63,562 nt of DNA, from contig JASGTU010000035.1 of the NCBI GenBank assembly GCA_030058085.1, forward strand, positions 1 through 63,562, in the 5' to 3' direction. The position numbers and the translations under genes are program-made. The notes below the pieces were generated by a model, which saw only the letters and a program-made list of their open reading frames with translations, did no database searches and had not been told where the DNA came from. This document shows, in pieces, positions 1 to 9,604 of this stretch (position 1 is the stretch's first letter; the number at the start of each line of letters is the position of its first letter). This DNA is from Chloroflexota bacterium (GTDB lineage: Bacteria; Chloroflexota; Anaerolineae; Caldilineales; Caldilineaceae).

Positions 1-27
1 TCACGGCAACCTCTCTACCGCCGCCCT

Positions 28-430
28 GTTGCACCCGTCCTTCGGGGCGGGTGAGGATTGAAACCTGCAAACGGGTGAACTGGACTGCCGCGGCTTACGC
101 CAGGTTGCACCCGTCCTTCGGGGCGGGTGAGGATTGAAACCCATCTCGCCCCCCTACGGCCTATGCTCCACCACAAGTTGCACCCGTCCTTCGGGGCGGG
201 TGAGGATTGAAACGCACCCGTCGCCATCTGGCTGATGATGTACCGCTGGTTGCACCCGTCCTTCGGGGCGGGTGAGGATTGAAACCAGCATCGTCATCGG
301 GGCAGGCGCGTCGTATGAGGAGTTGCACCCGTCCTTCGGGGCGGGTGAGGATTGAAACGCCTACGGTGGATGTACGCGTGGACAAAAACACGGGTTGCAC
401 CCGTCCTTCGGGGCGGGTGAGGATTGAAAC
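28..430 (+). CRISPR. CRISPR array: 6 identical 37-nt repeats (GTTGCACCCGTCCTTCGGGGCGGGTGAGGATTGAAAC) and 5 spacers of 39, 36, 35, 36 and 35 nt. It probably continues off the left edge of the window.
   Basis: Repeats read directly at 28-64, 104-140, 177-213, 249-285, 322-358 and 394-430. Each repeat has an internal 9-bp hairpin (CACCCGTCC/GGGCGGGTG) with a TTCG loop and an ATTGAAAC 3' tail. Bases 1-27 look like a partial spacer. Confidence 0.97.
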
Positions 431-563
431 GCTCCTCGCGCGCGATGTCGTATGCACGCCCGGTCTGCCACTCCCCGGGAGCAGCGGACATGGGTATTTT
501 TGACTAAACCCGGCAATAGTGGATACACTGAAGGCGTTTGCTTTTGCGGCTTCGATTTGTTTT

Positions 564-609
<46 letters not shown>

Positions 610-615
610 TCTGGC

Positions 616-649
616 AACCGCCTTGAACGCAGGTTGAAGGCGGTTTTTT
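616..649 (+). terminator. Rho-independent terminator after the tRNA fragment
   Basis: 13-bp stem AACCGCCTTGAAC/GTTGAAGGCGGTT (one mismatch) with loop GCAG, followed by a T6 run at 644-649. Confidence 0.7.
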
Positions 650-691
650 GTGGGGTCGGTCAGGATGCCGGGTGCTTTGCGGCGTGTGGCG

Positions 692-1075
692 ATGAAAAAG
701 CAGGTCATGCACTACTTGTGGCTTATTCTCCTATCGGTGTCGGCCGGCGTGGCAGGGCAAACAGCGCTTAAGCTGGGCGTCAGCCAACCCGGCGCGGAAA
801 ACGCGGCCGCTAATTTGGCCTCGTTGCTGACGATGATCGTCCGCTCTCCGCTAGTGCTGCTCGGGCTGGTGCTGTATGGCGTGGGCGCGTTGGCCTGGAT
901 CGCCGTGCTGACGAAGTTGGATTTGAGCGTGGCGTATCCGTTCCTGGCCCTGAACTTTGTCCTCGTGGCGCTCACCTCGAAACTCGTGCTTGGCGAGAGC
1001 GTCCCGCTGCTGCGCTGGGTGGGCATCGCCGTGATCTGCGTGGGCATTTTGGTTGTCTCGCGCAGCAACCCGTAG
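692..1075 (+). CDS. Small 4-TM EamA/SMR-like (DMT superfamily, ArnE-like) membrane transporter
   Basis: ORF 650..1075. The product is hydrophobic, with four predicted TM segments (LWLILLSVSAGVAGQ..., LVLLGLVLYGVGALAWIAVL..., PFLALNFVLVALTS..., WVGIAVICVGILVV). Internal Met at 692 chosen as the start. Confidence 0.6.
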   Translation: MKKQVMHYLWLILLSVSAGVAGQTALKLGVSQPGAENAAANLASLLTMIVRSPLVLLGLVLYGVGALAWIAVLTKLDLSVAYPFLALNFVLVALTSKLVLGESVPLLRWVGIAVICVGILVVSRSNP

Positions 1076-1285
1076 CGCAGGCCGAGCCGGCGTCCCTCTT
1101 TTGTTAACGCATCCCTAACACATTCGGCGTATACTGGCGCACAAGGCGCTAGGCTGTCGCCGCGATTTGTGCGCGGTCCCTATCGCGTAGATACTCAGGG
1201 TAGGCGCATGGCCGCGCCCGCCTCGTCGAGCGCACATCTGCTCTGTGTTTGCAGTTGGCTGTTACTAGATCGGGATGATGAACCG

Positions 1286-2008
1286 ATGACCCACAAGGTG
1301 CTTGTCGTAGAAGACGAACCGGCGTTGGTCGATACGCTGGAATACAACTTGCTAAAGCAAGGCTACGAAGTCGTCATTGCCATGGACGGCGCCAAGGCGC
1401 TGGACATGGCTCGCCGCGAGCGCCCCGATGTGGTGGTGCTCGATATCATGTTGCCCGTGATGGACGGCTTCGAAGTGTGCCGCATCCTGCGGCAGGAGAC
1501 TAATGTCCCCATCCTCATGCTGACGGCTCGCACCGACGAGGTGGACAAGATCGTCGGGCTGGAAGTGGGGGCCGACGATTACCTGAGCAAGCCCTTTAGC
1601 ATGCGCGAACTGATGGCGCGCGTCAAGGCGTTGCTGCGTCGCGTGCGCCTGGCGCGCGAGGAAGCGAACGAGCAGGCCGCGGAGAAGCGGGACGCAGCCT
1701 TGCGGCAGGAAACGCTTGTGTTCGGGGATTTGACCATTGACCTGAACCGCCGCGAGGTGTCGTGCAAAGGACAGGCGCAGCACCTGAAGCCCAAGGAGTT
1801 CGATCTGCTGGTCTTTTTGGCTCGCAACCGCGGCATCGTGTTGAGCCGCGATCTGGTGCTGGAGCGCGTGTGGGGCTGGGATTATGACGGCGGCAGTCGC
1901 ACGGTCGATGTGCATGTGCGATGGCTGCGCGAGAAGATCGAACAGGACCCGTCGAGACCAGTGCGCATCGTCACCGTGCGCGGGGTCGGCTACCGTTTTG
2001 AGGGGTGA
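1286..2008 (+). CDS. OmpR/PhoB-family response regulator (PhoB/RegX3-like)
   Basis: Receiver motifs are [21 protein letters not shown] and KPF. The C-terminal winged-helix ends in [11 protein letters not shown] at 1286 ([10 protein letters not shown]) replaces the long N-terminal ORF extension. Confidence 0.9.
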   Translation: MTHKVLVVEDEPALVDTLEYNLLKQGYEVVIAMDGAKALDMARRERPDVVVLDIMLPVMDGFEVCRILRQETNVPILMLTARTDEVDKIVGLEVGADDYLSKPFSMRELMARVKALLRRVRLAREEANEQAAEKRDAALRQETLVFGDLTIDLNRREVSCKGQAQHLKPKEFDLLVFLARNRGIVLSRDLVLERVWGWDYDGGSRTVDVHVRWLREKIEQDPSRPVRIVTVRGVGYRFEG

Positions 2009-2083
2009 TAGCAGGCGTCGCCCGTTTCAGACGGGCAAGCGCTGCGTGGGCGTGGCCGGCGCGGTCCGGGAGGCAATTCGCTG

Positions 2084-3949
2084 ATGGAGCAGAAGACAAG
2101 CAATGGGGCGGCAACGTCTTTGCAAGAGATGCTGAGCAGGCTTTGGCTGAGGACGCCGGCGCGCTTATCGCTATGGCCCGCGCTGGCTGTTCTGGCGATT
2201 ATGGCGGTCACGACCGCCCTTCTGTGGATGCGCCTCGGTCTATTCTATCGCGAACGGATCGATGTGCATTACGTGCAACAGGTCGAGCGCATCGCCGTGC
2301 AGGATGCCTTCCTCCGCGCCTGGTCGCAGGACGACGGCGCGTTGGGCGAGACGTTGCGCCAGTTAGCCCAGGTAACCGACGCCAGGCTGACCGCCCTCGA
2401 CAGCCAGGGGGCTGTGTTGGCGGACTCGCTCGGCAGCGCCGCGCCTGTTGTAGGGGACGGCATGCCCGAAGAGGTGCGCGCCGCGCTGGCGGGCAACATT
2501 GAGACGCATCGCCGCGAGGCCGGCGGTGAGCCGATGATGTTTGTGGCCGCTCCGGTGGTTCTTGACGGCGAGATCGCCGGCGCCGTACGGTTGGCGGCTT
2601 CCAACCAGGAGCTCGAGGCGACGCTTGCGCAGGCGCGCAACCATCTGCTCGCCATTTGTGCTGCGGCTAGCCTTCTCATCCTCCTGATCCTAGCCGTGAC
2701 CGCCGGCGGGACGAGCCGCTCGCTGCGCAAGCTGGCGGAGATGATCGAGCGCATCACCGGCGGCGATTTGGACGCACGCGTGATCATGTTGCGCCGAGAT
2801 GAGCTTGGCCGGCTGGGGAATGCGCTGAATGAGATGGCGGACAAGCTCCAGCGCCAGATGAAGAAGCGCGCCAGGGAGAAGGATCGCCTCAACACCGTGA
2901 TGCATGTGATGACGGACGGGGTGATGATCCTGGACCAGATGGGCGACGTGCGCCTGGTGAATCCGGCGGCGGCGCGCCTGCTGAAGACGACCCGGGCGCA
3001 GGCGTTGCGCCGTTCGTTTGTGCAGGTCACGCGCGATCACCGCGTGGCGGAGGTGTGGGCGCGTTGCCGCGAGTCTGGGGCCGAGCAGTCGGCGACTGTC
3101 GAGATGGCGAACGGCCAGTTCATCCGCGTGATCGTCACGCCCTTGCTCAAGCGCTCCCGGCGCGGCTATCTGGTGCTGCTGCAGGACCTGACGCAACTGC
3201 GGCGGCTGCAGACTGTGCGCCAGGACTTCGTGAGCAATGTGTCGCACGAATTGCGTACGCCGTTGGCTTCTCTGCATGCCCTGGTCGAAACTCTGCGCGA
3301 CGGCGCTATCGACGATCCGCCAGCCGCGGCGCGTTTCCTGGACCGCATGGAAGTGGAAGTGGACGCACTCACGCAGATGGTCGAGGAACTGCTGGAGCTA
3401 TCACGCATCGAATCGGGGCAGGCGCCGCTGGTTCTCAGCCCGATGTCTCTGCGCGATGTCGTCTTGCCGGCAGTCGAACGCTTGCAGCCCCAGGCCGAAC
3501 GCGCCCATGTCTTGCTCGACGTGCAGATTGCAGAGGATCTGCCGCCGGTCTTGGTGGACTGCGAGCGGATGCAGCAGGTGTTCACGAACCTCTTGCACAA
3601 CGCCATCAAGTTCTCTCCCGGCGGCGGCGATGTCACCGTGCGGACAGACGCCGCGTCGCCCTACGTTGAGGTGATCGTGCGCGATGCGGGCATCGGCATT
3701 CCCCGCAGCGAATTGACGCGCGTCTTTGAGCGATTCTATAAGACGGATCGTTCGCGCGCCTTCGGCGGCACCGGGCTTGGTCTGGCCATCTCCAAGCACA
3801 TTGTCCAGGCCCACGGCGGTGAGATTTGGGCGGACAGCGTGGAGGGAGAGTGGAGCGAGTTCCACTTTACCCTGCTGATCGCAGAGCCGGCGGAGCAGCC
3901 TGCGGATGAAACATCGGACGCGCAAGCTGAGAAGACAGACGCGCCGTAG
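2084..3949 (+). CDS. PhoR-like sensor histidine kinase (TM-HAMP-PAS-HisKA-HATPase)
   Basis: H-box FVSNVSHELRTPL. N, G1 and G2 boxes (LLHNAIKF, RDAGIGI, GGTGLGLAI). HAMP-like segment after the second TM. Adjacent to the regulator and the pst operon. Confidence 0.88.
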   Translation: MEQKTSNGAATSLQEMLSRLWLRTPARLSLWPALAVLAIMAVTTALLWMRLGLFYRERIDVHYVQQVERIAVQDAFLRAWSQDDGALGETLRQLAQVTDARLTALDSQGAVLADSLGSAAPVVGDGMPEEVRAALAGNIETHRREAGGEPMMFVAAPVVLDGEIAGAVRLAASNQELEATLAQARNHLLAICAAASLLILLILAVTAGGTSRSLRKLAEMIERITGGDLDARVIMLRRDELGRLGNALNEMADKLQRQMKKRAREKDRLNTVMHVMTDGVMILDQMGDVRLVNPAAARLLKTTRAQALRRSFVQVTRDHRVAEVWARCRESGAEQSATVEMANGQFIRVIVTPLLKRSRRGYLVLLQDLTQLRRLQTVRQDFVSNVSHELRTPLASLHALVETLRDGAIDDPPAAARFLDRMEVEVDALTQMVEELLELSRIESGQAPLVLSPMSLRDVVLPAVERLQPQAERAHVLLDVQIAEDLPPVLVDCERMQQVFTNLLHNAIKFSPGGGDVTVRTDAASPYVEVIVRDAGIGIPRSELTRVFERFYKTDRSRAFGGTGLGLAISKHIVQAHGGEIWADSVEGEWSEFHFTLLIAEPAEQPADETSDAQAEKTDAP

Positions 3950-4023
3950 CGTTAACATTGCAATCGGGCCGTCCATTGCAGCGCAACTCCTGAGCCATCC
4001 CCAATATCGATCCTCACAGAACG

Positions 4024-4072
4024 TTAACTAACGCTTAACGTTCTCTTTGTCTTTCGCCTCTCGTTTGTTAAT
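4024..4072 (+). promoter_or_regulatory. Candidate Pho-box direct repeats upstream of pstS
   Basis: TTAAC at 4024 and 4035 and TTAAT at 4068 lie on an 11-nt phase (offsets 0, 11, 44), as expected for OmpR-family tandem binding. A further GTTAAC lies at 3951. Confidence 0.4.
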
Positions 4073-4205
4073 CGCACTCACATACACTCGAGCCGTGGCC
4101 GGTTGCTGGATGTGTTGGCGGCGGCCAATTGGCTTGTGTGCAGGTCATCTGCACCCCGGATTGATTGCGAACATGGATTGCGAACTACACAAGGAGCAAG
4201 ACTCT

Positions 4206-5246
4206 ATGCGTCAATTGAGTTGGTTGATAGCGGCTGTGCTGGCAGTTCTCGTCTTGGCGGCCTGTGGCGGCGCCGCACCGGCTGCTGCGCCTGCGGCTGA
4301 AGCGGTTGTCACAGAGGCCCCCGCTGAAGAGGCGGTGGAGGCTCCGTCCCCGGCGGAAGGCGAGTTGCCGATGGTGGACCCGCTGACCGTGACCGGCGAC
4401 ATCGTGACCGCGGGCAGTTCGACGGTGTACCCGCTGAGCGAGGCCATGGCCGAACGCTTTATCAACGAGGGCTACAGCGGCAATATCACGATTGACAGCA
4501 TCGGTTCCGGCGCCGGCTTCGAGCGCTTCTGCGCGTCCGGCGAGACCGACATCTCCAACGCCAGCCGTCCGATCAAGGAGTCCGAGATCGAAGACTGCGC
4601 CGCCATCGGCCGCGCGCCCATCGAGATCCGCGTAGGGACGGACGCGCTGGCGGTCGTTGTCAATCCGGAAAATGACTGGCTGCCCGAAGGCGTGACGATG
4701 GAGCAGCTTGCTCAGATCTTCAGCGCCGATGTGGTCAACTGGTCGGACGTGCATGCAACTTGGCCTGCGGAGCCGATCCAGCGTTTCTCCCCCGGCACGG
4801 ACAGTGGCACGTATGACTTCTTCATCGAAGCCGTCGTGGAGCCCGTTTTTGGCGAGGAGGCCGAGACCAAATTCCTGGACGCGGCCAATCTCCAGTTGAG
4901 CGAGGATGATAACGTCTTGGTGCAGGGTATTGCCGGCAGCAAGTACGGCATCGGCTATTTCGGCTATGCGTACTACGCCGAGAACGAAGGCGTCATCGAC
5001 ATTCTTTCGATTGACGGCGTCGACGCCACGCCTGAATCTGTGGACGCCAACAGCTATCCGTTGGCCCGCCCGCTGTTCATCTATACCGATGCGGGCATCA
5101 TGCAGAGCAAGCCGCAGGTTGCCGCTTTCGTCAACTTCTATCTGACGTACGTCAACGAGGAAGTTGAGCGGGTCGGTTACTTCCCCGCCAGTGATGAGGC
5201 GCTCGACGGGGCGCGGGCGGCCTGGTTGGCGGCGGTAGGGCAGTAA
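4206..5246 (+). CDS. pstS: Phosphate ABC transporter substrate-binding lipoprotein PstS
   Basis: Lipoprotein signal MRQLSWLIAAVLAVLVLAAC. PBP-like core (GSSTVYPL, GSGAGF). RBS AAGGAG sits about 10 nt upstream of the ATG at 4206. Confidence 0.9.
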   Translation: MRQLSWLIAAVLAVLVLAACGGAAPAAAPAAEAVVTEAPAEEAVEAPSPAEGELPMVDPLTVTGDIVTAGSSTVYPLSEAMAERFINEGYSGNITIDSIGSGAGFERFCASGETDISNASRPIKESEIEDCAAIGRAPIEIRVGTDALAVVVNPENDWLPEGVTMEQLAQIFSADVVNWSDVHATWPAEPIQRFSPGTDSGTYDFFIEAVVEPVFGEEAETKFLDAANLQLSEDDNVLVQGIAGSKYGIGYFGYAYYAENEGVIDILSIDGVDATPESVDANSYPLARPLFIYTDAGIMQSKPQVAAFVNFYLTYVNEEVERVGYFPASDEALDGARAAWLAAVGQ

Positions 5247-5362
5247 AGCCGTCGCGGCGAGAGAATCGCCGCGGCGTTTGGTGAACGTCAACGCGGATGG
5301 GGAGAGGTTGCAGCCTGCTCTCCATCCGCCTGGTTTTGCCGGCGACGATGAGGAGCGTGGCA

Positions 5363-6364
5363 ATGCACAGAGAGATATCCGCCCGTTCGCCGCAACTCGG
5401 CGCGCCGCAACGGTTGGCGGGCGCACACATCGATTTGACGAGGCAGCGGCGGCCGGGCGAGATGGTCGTTCAGGCGTTTCTGTATCTGTGCGCGGCTGTT
5501 TCGATCTTCACGACGATCGGCATTGTCGTGGTGCTGGTGAACACAGCCGTGCATTTCTTCGCACGGCCCGAAGTCACCTTCTTGGACTTTCTTACAGGCA
5601 TCTCCTGGCAGCCGCGCATCAATGCCTTCGGCATCTGGCCCTTGTTGCTGATGACGCTGCTCATCAGTTTCATCGGCATGTTGATCGCCTTGCCGGTGGG
5701 GTTGATGATCGCCATCTATCTGAGCGAGTATGCGCCGCCGAAGGTGCGCAGCGCGCTGAAGCCGATTTTGGAGATCCTAGCCGGCGTGCCGACGGTGGTA
5801 TACGGCTACTTCGCGCTGACGTTTATGACGCCGCTGCTGCGCAGCCTGATCGGCGCGGACGTGGTGCAGATCTACAACGTTGCGTCGGCGGGCTTGGTCG
5901 TGGGCATCCTCATCCTGCCGCTGGTAACGTCCATGAGCGAGGATGCGCTGCGCGCTGTTCCGATGTCCTTGCGCGAGGCGGCCTATGGCGTGGGGGCGAC
6001 CAAACTGGAGACGTCCGTCAGCATCGTGCTGCCGGCTGCGCTGTCAGGGCTGGCGGCAGCGGTGATCGTGGCGATCTCGCGGGCCATTGGCGAGACGATG
6101 GTCGTCGCCATCGCCGCGGGCGCCGGCCCCCGCAACTTCGCAAGTTGGGGAGACGCCATCAACAACATGGCGCTGGTCAATCCGTTTACGGCCGGCGAGA
6201 CCATGACCGGGTATATGGTGCGCATCAGCGGCGGCGACATCAGCTATAACTCGGTGGACTACGACAGCCTTTTCGCCGTCGGCCTGGTACTCTTTGCGAT
6301 GACGCTCGGCCTGAATATCGTCAGCCGTCGCATCGTGCGCCGTTTCCGCGAAGTGTACGAATGA
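5363..6364 (+). CDS. pstC: Phosphate ABC transporter permease PstC
   Basis: Multi-TM permease with an EAA-like loop (EDALRAVPMSLREAAYGVGATKLET). RBS GAGGAG precedes the ATG at 5363. The start is uncertain (the ORF opens at 5297). Confidence 0.85.
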   Translation: MHREISARSPQLGAPQRLAGAHIDLTRQRRPGEMVVQAFLYLCAAVSIFTTIGIVVVLVNTAVHFFARPEVTFLDFLTGISWQPRINAFGIWPLLLMTLLISFIGMLIALPVGLMIAIYLSEYAPPKVRSALKPILEILAGVPTVVYGYFALTFMTPLLRSLIGADVVQIYNVASAGLVVGILILPLVTSMSEDALRAVPMSLREAAYGVGATKLETSVSIVLPAALSGLAAAVIVAISRAIGETMVVAIAAGAGPRNFASWGDAINNMALVNPFTAGETMTGYMVRISGGDISYNSVDYDSLFAVGLVLFAMTLGLNIVSRRIVRRFREVYE

Positions 6365-6392
6365 GGTATGCGAATAGCGAGGTGCATGGATC

Positions 6393-7694
6393 ATGACGAT
6401 CAAGCGAAGTAAAGGGGCCGAGGACGGCGCATTTCCTGCCGGCGCCGCGCTGCGTAGATTCGACGAATGGCGGCACCGGCGCGGGAGACTGTTCGGCATC
6501 CTATTGATGGCTTCGACGTTGGTCGGCATCGTGGCGCTGACAGCCTTGATTGTGTCGATCGTCAACGACTCGTTCGGTTATGTCGCCGTTCAGAATGAGC
6601 GCGATCCGCAATCCCTGGTTGCGGAGGTTGTGGGACAGGGCGCGTCCGTCAGCCCCGAGGCGACCTTGGCCGATCTGGACAAGGATGCCCTGGTGCGCAT
6701 CCTTGCTTCCGGCGTTTCTGCGGGCCGCATGCGCGCGCTGGAGGCGTGGCAGCCGATGGCCGAACGGACGCGCGAAGACGTGTTGGACCTGGTTGTGGCC
6801 GAAGTTGTGCGGCCTACAATCGTGCGTTCGTGGTCTTTTTCTGATTCGTTGTTCCGCAAGGCGGACATCGAGACGGCTGTGGCAGATATGGCGGGCGCCG
6901 AACTGGAGTGGCGCAACTGGGTGTCGTGGGATTTCGTCACTTCGCCGCAAAGCTCCAACCCGGCGGTAGCCGGTGTGCGTACGGCTATCCTGGGCTCGTT
7001 GTGGGTTGTCATCATCTGCATGCTTTTCGCGGCGCCGCTGGGTATCGGTACAGCGGTGTATCTGGAGGAGTATTCAAACCGAAATTGGTTCAGCAGCCTG
7101 GTGGACACCAACATCAACAACCTGGCCGGCGTGCCGTCGATCATTTACGGCTTGTTGGGGCTGGCGATTTTTGTGCGAGCCCTGGAACCGCTAACCAGCG
7201 GGGCCGTGATCGGTGCATCTGACCCGACGACGGCGAACGGACGCACTACGCTCTCCGCCGGGCTGACGCTGGGGTTGTTGACCCTGCCGCTGATCATCAT
7301 CAACGCGCGTGAGGCGATCCGCGCCGTGCCGCCGTCGTTGCGCGAGGCCAGCTACGGCCTGGGCGCCACGCGCTGGCAAACGGTGTGGAGCCACGTGCTG
7401 CCCAACGCCATCGGCGGCATTCTGACCGGTTCGATCCTGGCGGTCTCGCGTGCCATCGGCGAGACCGCCCCGCTGGTTGTGGTGGGCGCGTCGACCTTCA
7501 TCACGCTGGATCCGAGCGGGCCTTTCTCGAAGTTCACAGTGCTGCCGGCGCAGATCTACCAGTGGACCGCGCGCCCGCAGGCGGAGTTCCGCAACTTGGC
7601 CGCGGCGGCAAGCCTGACGCTCCTGCTCATGTTGATTGTCATGAACTCCGTTGCCGTCTACCTGCGCAATCGCTATAGCAGCCAGAGGATGTGA
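6393..7694 (+). CDS. pstA: Phosphate ABC transporter permease PstA (long form with an N-terminal TM and extracytoplasmic extension)
   Basis: C-terminal permease core with [25 protein letters not shown]. Position between pstC and pstB. Confidence 0.88.
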   Translation: MTIKRSKGAEDGAFPAGAALRRFDEWRHRRGRLFGILLMASTLVGIVALTALIVSIVNDSFGYVAVQNERDPQSLVAEVVGQGASVSPEATLADLDKDALVRILASGVSAGRMRALEAWQPMAERTREDVLDLVVAEVVRPTIVRSWSFSDSLFRKADIETAVADMAGAELEWRNWVSWDFVTSPQSSNPAVAGVRTAILGSLWVVIICMLFAAPLGIGTAVYLEEYSNRNWFSSLVDTNINNLAGVPSIIYGLLGLAIFVRALEPLTSGAVIGASDPTTANGRTTLSAGLTLGLLTLPLIIINAREAIRAVPPSLREASYGLGATRWQTVWSHVLPNAIGGILTGSILAVSRAIGETAPLVVVGASTFITLDPSGPFSKFTVLPAQIYQWTARPQAEFRNLAAAASLTLLLMLIVMNSVAVYLRNRYSSQRM

Positions 7695-8524
7695 TGATGC
7701 TCAAACTGGATTCGACGGTGATGAAGGCGGACCAATCCGCCAATGGGACCCCGCCGGACGGCGAGTTGTCGATTGTCGCTCGGGACCTGAACGTCTACTA
7801 CGGGAACTTTCGCGCCGTGAAAGACGTCAATCTGGCGATCCCGCGCAAACAGATCACGGCGATGATCGGCCCTTCCGGCTGCGGAAAGAGCACCGTCCTG
7901 CGCTCCTTCAACCGCATGAACGACCTCATTCCCAGCGCACGCGTCGAGGGCGAGGTGATCTTTAACCGCCAAAATATCTATGCGCCGGAGATCGACCCGG
8001 TGGAGTTGCGCCGGCGTGTGGGCATGGTCTTTCAGAAGCCGAACCCTTTTCCCAAGAGCATCTACGACAACATCGCTTGGGGCGCCAAGATCAACGGGTT
8101 TCACGGCGATATGGACGACCTGGTCGAGGCGTCGCTGCGCAATGCGGCGCTGTGGGACGAGGTGAAGGACAAGCTCGACCAGAGCGCGCTGGGCCTTTCT
8201 GGCGGGCAACAGCAGCGGCTGTGCATTGCGCGTGCGATCGCCGTCCGCCCCGACATCATCCTGATGGACGAGCCGTGTTCGGCGTTGGACCCGATCGCCA
8301 CGCTGCGCATCGAGGACTTGATGCACGAGTTGACGAAAACGTATACGATTATCATCGTGACGCACAACATGCAGCAGGCCGCGCGCGTGTCTGACTATAC
8401 GGCGTTCTACATGGTCGACGACAGCCGCACCGGTAGCCTGGCTGAGTTCGGGCCGACTGAACAGATCTTCACGCGGCCCAAGAACAAAGCCACAGAGGAC
8501 TACATAACGGGGCGCTTCGGATAA
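7691..8524 (+). CDS. pstB: Phosphate ABC transporter ATP-binding protein PstB
   Basis: Walker [10 protein letters not shown], signature LSGGQQQRL, Walker B IILMDEP. Start overlaps the pstA stop (ATGA). Confidence 0.95.
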   Translation: MMMLKLDSTVMKADQSANGTPPDGELSIVARDLNVYYGNFRAVKDVNLAIPRKQITAMIGPSGCGKSTVLRSFNRMNDLIPSARVEGEVIFNRQNIYAPEIDPVELRRRVGMVFQKPNPFPKSIYDNIAWGAKINGFHGDMDDLVEASLRNAALWDEVKDKLDQSALGLSGGQQQRLCIARAIAVRPDIILMDEPCSALDPIATLRIEDLMHELTKTYTIIIVTHNMQQAARVSDYTAFYMVDDSRTGSLAEFGPTEQIFTRPKNKATEDYITGRFG

Positions 8525-8687
8525 AGCGATAGCGGGGCAGCCGATAGGGGCGCGCCACAATGCCGCAACCCCGGGCTGCGCGCCGGTCGGGCTGCGATTG
8601 CGCTCAACCCCGGCTCAGGCTACAATAGCATGAACTCCGCAAGATTGCCGCTGATTGGCGCAGCGAATTGGAAGGGACGGCTGTTCA

Positions 8688-9374
8688 ATGGTGACACGCA
8701 TCCACTTCACGCGTGAACTGCAACGATTGCAGGACGAGATGATCATGTTGGGCAGCATGGTCGCCGAAGCGATCCAGGACGCGGTGCGCTCCTTGCGCGA
8801 GCGCGACCTGGAGACGGCGAAGCGTCTGATCAAGTATGACCGCACGCTCAACGCGCGCCGCTTCGAGATCGAGCGAGACACGCTCGTGCTGCTCGCCACA
8901 CAACAGCCGATGGCGGGCGATCTGCGCTTGCTTGCCGCCATCCTGGAGATCTCCACAGAACTGGAGCGCATGGGCGACTATGCCAAGGGCATCGCGCGCA
9001 TCACCCTTATGCTGGGCTTGGAGCCGATGGTGAAGCCCACGCCCGAAATACAGGTCATGGCGGACCGTGGCACGGATATGATGCGCCGCGCGCTGGATGC
9101 ATTTGTCAACCGCGACCTGGAAGCGGCAAAGGCGATCCCGCTAGAGGACGACGAGATCGACGCCATGTACAACAAGGTGAACCGGGAGTTGGTCACGACG
9201 ATGATGGCGCACCCGGACCGCAGCGACCAGGCCAACTATATGTCCTGGGCGGCGCATAACCTGGAGCGCTTCGCCGACCGTGTGACCAATATCTGCGAAC
9301 GCATCATGTACACGATCACCGGCGAATTTATGGAGTTCGATGCGGAAGAGCCGGGGATGAGCGGCATCCACTAG
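8688..9374 (+). CDS. phoU: Phosphate signalling complex protein PhoU
   Basis: Two PhoU repeats (LERMGDYA, LERFADRV). ATG at 8688 with an upstream GGAAGGGA RBS. Confidence 0.9.
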   Translation: MVTRIHFTRELQRLQDEMIMLGSMVAEAIQDAVRSLRERDLETAKRLIKYDRTLNARRFEIERDTLVLLATQQPMAGDLRLLAAILEISTELERMGDYAKGIARITLMLGLEPMVKPTPEIQVMADRGTDMMRRALDAFVNRDLEAAKAIPLEDDEIDAMYNKVNRELVTTMMAHPDRSDQANYMSWAAHNLERFADRVTNICERIMYTITGEFMEFDAEEPGMSGIH

Positions 9375-9399
9375 CGCACTTAAGCAGGTTGAACCGACG

Positions 9400-9435
9400 G
9401 CGTGGCGGGGGCGCGGCCCTCGTCACGCTTTTCTT
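9400..9435 (+). terminator. Rho-independent terminator of the pst-phoU operon
   Basis: 12-bp GC-rich stem GCGTGGCGGGGG/CCCTCGTCACGC (two G.U pairs), 5-nt loop, then TTTTCTT. Confidence 0.65.
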
Positions 9436-9604
9436 ATTGGCCATTTCCCCGTACTGCAAGTCCAACTCAGCCTCTGAATGAACCGAAAAGCCCCGGAAAA
9501 CCCCTCTGCTGGCCGATCTGACTGCTTTGCAGCCCGCGAGTCACAAAGATACTTGACATTATTCGTACCTAAATGGGCATATTATCGTCAACTATTAGTG
9601 AGAA

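Noticed and set aside
466-508. A degenerate seventh (terminal) CRISPR repeat ending ...TTGACTAAAC
   Set aside because: It would sit at the right spacing (35 nt after repeat 6), and its end faintly resembles GATTGAAAC. However, the rest aligns poorly and would require ~10 nt of insertions. The evidence is insufficient.
9553-9585. A promoter for the cassette (TTGACA ... TATTAT)
   Set aside because: The hexamers are 21 nt apart. Other promoters in this window have 16-18 nt spacers, so this was not called as a feature.
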